From the NCBI GenBank assembly GCA_963701855.1, contig CAVPBK010000006.1:928001-992000 (forward strand): a stretch of 64,000 bases of DNA. Reading direction: 5' to 3'. Origin of the DNA: Nitrospirota bacterium (GTDB lineage: Bacteria > Nitrospirota > Nitrospiria > Nitrospirales > Nitrospiraceae). The notes under the pieces were generated by a model. It did not search any database and was not told the origin of the DNA. It saw nothing but the letters and a program-made list of their open reading frames with translations. The translations under genes and the position numbers were made by a program. Each line of letters begins with the position of its first letter. Position 1 is the stretch's first letter. Below are positions 60,272 through 64,000 of this stretch, piece by piece.

Positions 60272-60315
60272 AGCGGTAGGGGCACAATTGTTCACTTCGT
60301 GGTAGCGGTTTATTT

Positions 60316-62016
60316 ATGGACAAACGCGTTATAGCATTTCTCGTTCTGTCGTTAGCGATCATACTAGGATTTGACTTGGTTCTCAGGCAGATGGGGTGGC
60401 TTCCTGAGCCACCTCCTGCTCAGGATGGCTCTGCCCAGGCCCCCTCTTCCCCGGTGCAAGAGCCAACTTCCTCCCTCCAGACAGGCAAGGACAGTGCTTC
60501 AACCGGTTCGAGTGTCCCAATCCAATCAGGCACAAAGTCTGGCGCTCCTGCGTCGGGTATTTCTCTGCCAGCATCGGAACAGACGGTGACGTTTGAGACA
60601 GATCTAGTTCGGGTCGAGTTGTCGAATCGTGGCGGGGTGATTCGAAGTTGGGAGCTGAAGCGATACCATACGGGGCCTCCTGAAGCAAAGCCAGTACAAC
60701 TTGTCTATCAAGGGGGAAAGTTCAAAGGCCCACTCTCGATTACAGTCGCGAATGCCGACATCGACAAGACGATTCGAGAAGGACTCTACAATATTGAAAA
60801 AGACTTTACGAAGCTCGATGCCGCTCATCCTGTCGGGCATGTCACGATGCGGTTCCACGATGCAGCAACCCATCTCGACGTGGAGAAACGGCTGACATTT
60901 CATCATGATAGTTATTTGGTGGATATGTCGTTCGCCGTCGAGGGAGTGACCGAGTCCTTTGATGTCGGGTTAGGGACGAATTTCGGTATCGTGGAGTGGG
61001 GCGATGGATTCATCGGTCTGATTGGATCAGCCTCGCAGGTCGATAATAAAATAGAAAAAGAGACCCCGGAGAAAGAACTTGAGCGAAAGGGGTCGGTTCA
61101 GTGGGTCGCCTTGCAGGATAAGTATTTTCTATCGGTGTTACTGCCGAAAGAAGGTGCTGCCGCTCTCGCCAAGACGGAAGACCCGAAAATTGTCTCGGCC
61201 GGGGTACGGATGGCCGCGTCAGGGGCAGCCTCCTCGGTTGCGCTTCAGCTGTATGCAGGCCCGAAGGAATACGACACGCTCCGCTCCTTGGGCGCAGGCC
61301 TGGAAGATATGATCGATTTCGGATGGTTCATCTATGGCAGTTGGACTATCGTGAAATCGGTGGCCAAGCCGATCTTTTACGTGCTGCGATTCATCCATGA
61401 CTATGTCGGTAACTATGGGATCACCATCATTCTGCTGACAGTGGCGATCAAAGTGTTATTTGTGCCGTTGCAATACAAAAGCTACAAATCGATGAAAATG
61501 ATGCGAGTGATCCAACCAAAGATCAAAGAAGTCCAAGAGAAATATAAGGGTGACCGCGATCGCCTGAACAAGGAGTTAATGAAGCTGTATCGGGAGCAAA
61601 AAGTGAATCCACTGGGCGGGTTTCTCCCAATGTTCTTGCAGATGCCGGTCTTCATTGCCCTATTCAATGTCCTCTACATGTCGATCGACTTGCGCCAAGC
61701 CCCTTTCATGCTCTGGGTTTCCGATTTATCGTTGCAGGACCCCTATTATGTGCTGCCGGTGATCATGGGAGTGACCATGTTTATTCAACAGAAGATCACC
61801 CCCACTACGATGGATCCGGCACAGGCGAAGATCATGTTGGTGCTCCCGATAGGCATGACATTCTTGTTCGTCAATTTTCCCGCGGGCTTGGTGCTGTATT
61901 GGCTGACGAACAATACCCTGACCATCACTCAACAATTGGTCACGGATCGTTTTCTCTTGACCGACAAGGCCCTGCTCGCGGCAGGGGCTGAACAGAGCGG
62001 CAGCACGAGCGCATAG
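60316..62016 (+). CDS. yidC: Membrane protein insertase YidC
   Basis: LYAGPK, IDFGWF, GNYGITII, LYREQKVNPLGG, QMPVF, PAGLVLYW. Confidence 0.97.
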   Translation: MDKRVIAFLVLSLAIILGFDLVLRQMGWLPEPPPAQDGSAQAPSSPVQEPTSSLQTGKDSASTGSSVPIQSGTKSGAPASGISLPASEQTVTFETDLVRVELSNRGGVIRSWELKRYHTGPPEAKPVQLVYQGGKFKGPLSITVANADIDKTIREGLYNIEKDFTKLDAAHPVGHVTMRFHDAATHLDVEKRLTFHHDSYLVDMSFAVEGVTESFDVGLGTNFGIVEWGDGFIGLIGSASQVDNKIEKETPEKELERKGSVQWVALQDKYFLSVLLPKEGAAALAKTEDPKIVSAGVRMAASGAASSVALQLYAGPKEYDTLRSLGAGLEDMIDFGWFIYGSWTIVKSVAKPIFYVLRFIHDYVGNYGITIILLTVAIKVLFVPLQYKSYKSMKMMRVIQPKIKEVQEKYKGDRDRLNKELMKLYREQKVNPLGGFLPMFLQMPVFIALFNVLYMSIDLRQAPFMLWVSDLSLQDPYYVLPVIMGVTMFIQQKITPTTMDPAQAKIMLVLPIGMTFLFVNFPAGLVLYWLTNNTLTITQQLVTDRFLLTDKALLAAGAEQSGSTSA

Positions 62017-62024
62017 GCGTCCCC

Positions 62025-62127
62025 CGACTGGTCTATCTCGTTTGTTTGGTTGAACCAGACAGACCAAGTAGACCAGATAAACCAAATGAACAAGACAGGC
62101 CGGCGGACTTTTTCTGCATCCTGCTAG
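62025..62127. repeat. 9-nt periodic hairpin array plus family-A end
   Basis: Reverse complement begins CTAGCAGGATGCAGAAAAAGTCCG, matching 8146 onward. Confidence 0.6.
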
Positions 62128-62140
62128 TGAAAGAGACGTC

Positions 62141-63568
62141 ATGCATGGAGGACTCGAAGACACGATCTGTGCTATTGCCACCCCCATAGGGGAGGGCGGC
62201 ATTGGAATTGTTCGCCTGAGTGGCCCTCAATCGCTTGTCGTCGCTTCCAGAGTTGTTCGCTTACGTTCTGGCCGTCCCCTCTCATCCGTTTCTTCACACA
62301 CGCTGTATCTTGCCGATCTTGTACTTCCTGCATTGAGCGGACAAAAAGATAACGGACCCGGTCTTGATCGGCCGTCCGTATCGGCCCTGCTCGATGAAGC
62401 GCTTGTGGTCTTCATGAAGGCTCCGCGGTCGTTTACGGCAGAGAACGTGATAGAGATTCAGTCTCATGGCGGGGCGTTGGTGCTCGGGATGGTTTGCAAA
62501 GTCTGTGTTGATTCCGGTGCACGGATGGCAGAACCCGGGGAGTTTACGAAACGGGCCTTTCTCAACGGACGGCTTGATCTCTCCCAGGCGGAAGCGGTGC
62601 TCGATACGATCAGGGCCACATCATCCGCTGGATTAAATATCGCACAACGCCAGCTAAGGGGCGATCTCGCTCGTGAGGTGGAGCAGGCTCGGGCCTCTCT
62701 CCTGACCGTGTTGGCCCAGATAGAGGCGGGAATCGATTTTGTGGACGAAGGTATTTCCTTTCTTCAACGCGATGAACTGGTGCGTATTGTGAGGGAGACA
62801 TGTGCGGTGGTTCAAAAGCTGGAAGCGACAGCGCAGGAGGGTCGGATCTTGCGCGAAGGAGCGCGCGTCGTCATCCTTGGCCGCCCGAATGTCGGAAAGT
62901 CCAGTTTGTTGAACCGTCTCCTGAGGGAAGAGCGTGCGATTGTGACGGCCATTCCTGGGACGACGAGGGATGTAATCGAGGAGTCCATCGATCTTAACGG
63001 GGTGTTGATTCATTTAGTTGATACGGCAGGAGTGCGGGAAACGGACGATATTGTCGAGCAGGAAGGAATCAAGCGGACGCGTATCGCACAGGGTGAGGCA
63101 GACTTCTTGCTCGTGGTAGTGGATGGAAGTGTGCCCCTCACGAGCGATGATCGGGAGCTCTTGAGTGCGGTCAAGGATTGCAAGCATGTGGTGGTGCTGA
63201 ACAAGGCCGATTTGGCCGATGAGGTCGCGTCGGATGCTGCACTTTCGGACCATTCTATATACAATATTTCTGCAAAAACAGGCTTAGGGATTGAGCGGGT
63301 GAAATCCGCTCTTCGCGCTCAGCTATTGCCCGGAGGCTTTGAGGCGACAGAGAGCGTCACGGTCACGAACGTGCGACACCGTGATGCGTTGCGACGGGCC
63401 GCTGAATCCTTGGGTCATGCGCTTGAGTCCGTGCGGCACGGGATGGCTGGGGAGCTTGTCTCGATCGATGTTCGCGCCGCCGCCGACGCACTCGGTGAGA
63501 TTACCGGCACCATTACGACGGACGAGATCCTTGGTCGGATCTTTTCAGAATTCTGTATCGGCAAGTAG
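62141..63568 (+). CDS. mnmE: tRNA modification GTPase MnmE
   Basis: DTICAIAT, GEFTKRAFLNG, GRPNVGKSS, GTTRD, DTAG, NKAD, terminal FCIGK. Confidence 0.98.
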   Translation: MHGGLEDTICAIATPIGEGGIGIVRLSGPQSLVVASRVVRLRSGRPLSSVSSHTLYLADLVLPALSGQKDNGPGLDRPSVSALLDEALVVFMKAPRSFTAENVIEIQSHGGALVLGMVCKVCVDSGARMAEPGEFTKRAFLNGRLDLSQAEAVLDTIRATSSAGLNIAQRQLRGDLAREVEQARASLLTVLAQIEAGIDFVDEGISFLQRDELVRIVRETCAVVQKLEATAQEGRILREGARVVILGRPNVGKSSLLNRLLREERAIVTAIPGTTRDVIEESIDLNGVLIHLVDTAGVRETDDIVEQEGIKRTRIAQGEADFLLVVVDGSVPLTSDDRELLSAVKDCKHVVVLNKADLADEVASDAALSDHSIYNISAKTGLGIERVKSALRAQLLPGGFEATESVTVTNVRHRDALRRAAESLGHALESVRHGMAGELVSIDVRAAADALGEITGTITTDEILGRIFSEFCIGK

Positions 63569-63580
63569 GAAAGGTGGGCC

Positions 63581-64000
63581 GTGGGACAGACGGTCGACGT
63601 CATTGTGGTGGGCGGAGGTCATGCCGGTTGTGAAGCCGCTTTGGCCGCCGCACGCATGGGTGCGCGAACCTTGCTGTTCACGATGGATCGCGACCGAATC
63701 GCGCAGATGTCGTGTAACCCGGCGATCGGGGGAATTGCTAAAGGACATCTAGTAAAAGAAATCGATGCGCTGGGTGGGGAGATGGCGCGGAACACTGATC
63801 AAGCCGGCATCCAGTTCCGCTTTATCAACACGAGTAAAGGCCCGGCGGTGCGAGCCCTCCGTGTCCAATGCGACAAGAAGCTGTATCGAGACGCCATGCA
63901 ACGAACGTTGGGCCTGCAAGCAGGGCTGATGATCGGCGAAGGGACAGTCGATCGCTTGCTGACGCATGCCGGCGCTATTTCAGGCGTGGTGACGGACCGC
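63581..64000 (+). CDS. mnmG: tRNA modification enzyme MnmG (GidA), 5' part
   Basis: GTG 63581. [46 protein letters not shown]. Runs off the window. Confidence 0.96.
   Translation, partial: MGQTVDVIVVGGGHAGCEAALAAARMGARTLLFTMDRDRIAQMSCNPAIGGIAKGHLVKEIDALGGEMARNTDQAGIQFRFINTSKGPAVRALRVQCDKKLYRDAMQRTLGLQAGLMIGEGTVDRLLTHAGAISGVVTDR

Overview
Bacterial chromosomal window. Gene content and intergenic repeat style suggest Nitrospira/Nitrospirota (inference only). Left to right: a lipoprotein cut by the window edge; a YqhA-family gene; a quorum-sensing island (NarL-type regulator and two HisKA_3 kinases, a lux-box palindrome, luxI, luxR, a FadL-type porin); uvrC; a Ser/Ser DapF homologue; housekeeping genes; a complete single-NuoM complex I operon (nuoA-N) preceded by a MidA/NDUFAF7-type methyltransferase; secA; a ~10.5 kb putative metal-uptake operon; tesA/ybbAP-like genes; an M1 aminopeptidase, rpiA, glk and a pgl pseudogene; an L,D-transpeptidase; and rpmH-rnpA-(yidD pseudogene)-yidC-mnmE-mnmG. 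The most striking system is the 37.1-47.7 kb operon. It holds three ~100-aa ORFs with the same layout: N-terminal hydrophobic segment, His-rich patch, LCxWxC, a 41-42-residue spacer and C-terminal RAPP. They resemble DUF2946/CruR-like metal-sensing ribosome-arrest leaders, each placed before a different module (OM barrel + TlpA; TonB + plug fragment + BNR protein + TlpA; TonB-dependent receptor). All calls come from reading motifs by eye; no database searches or folding programs were run.
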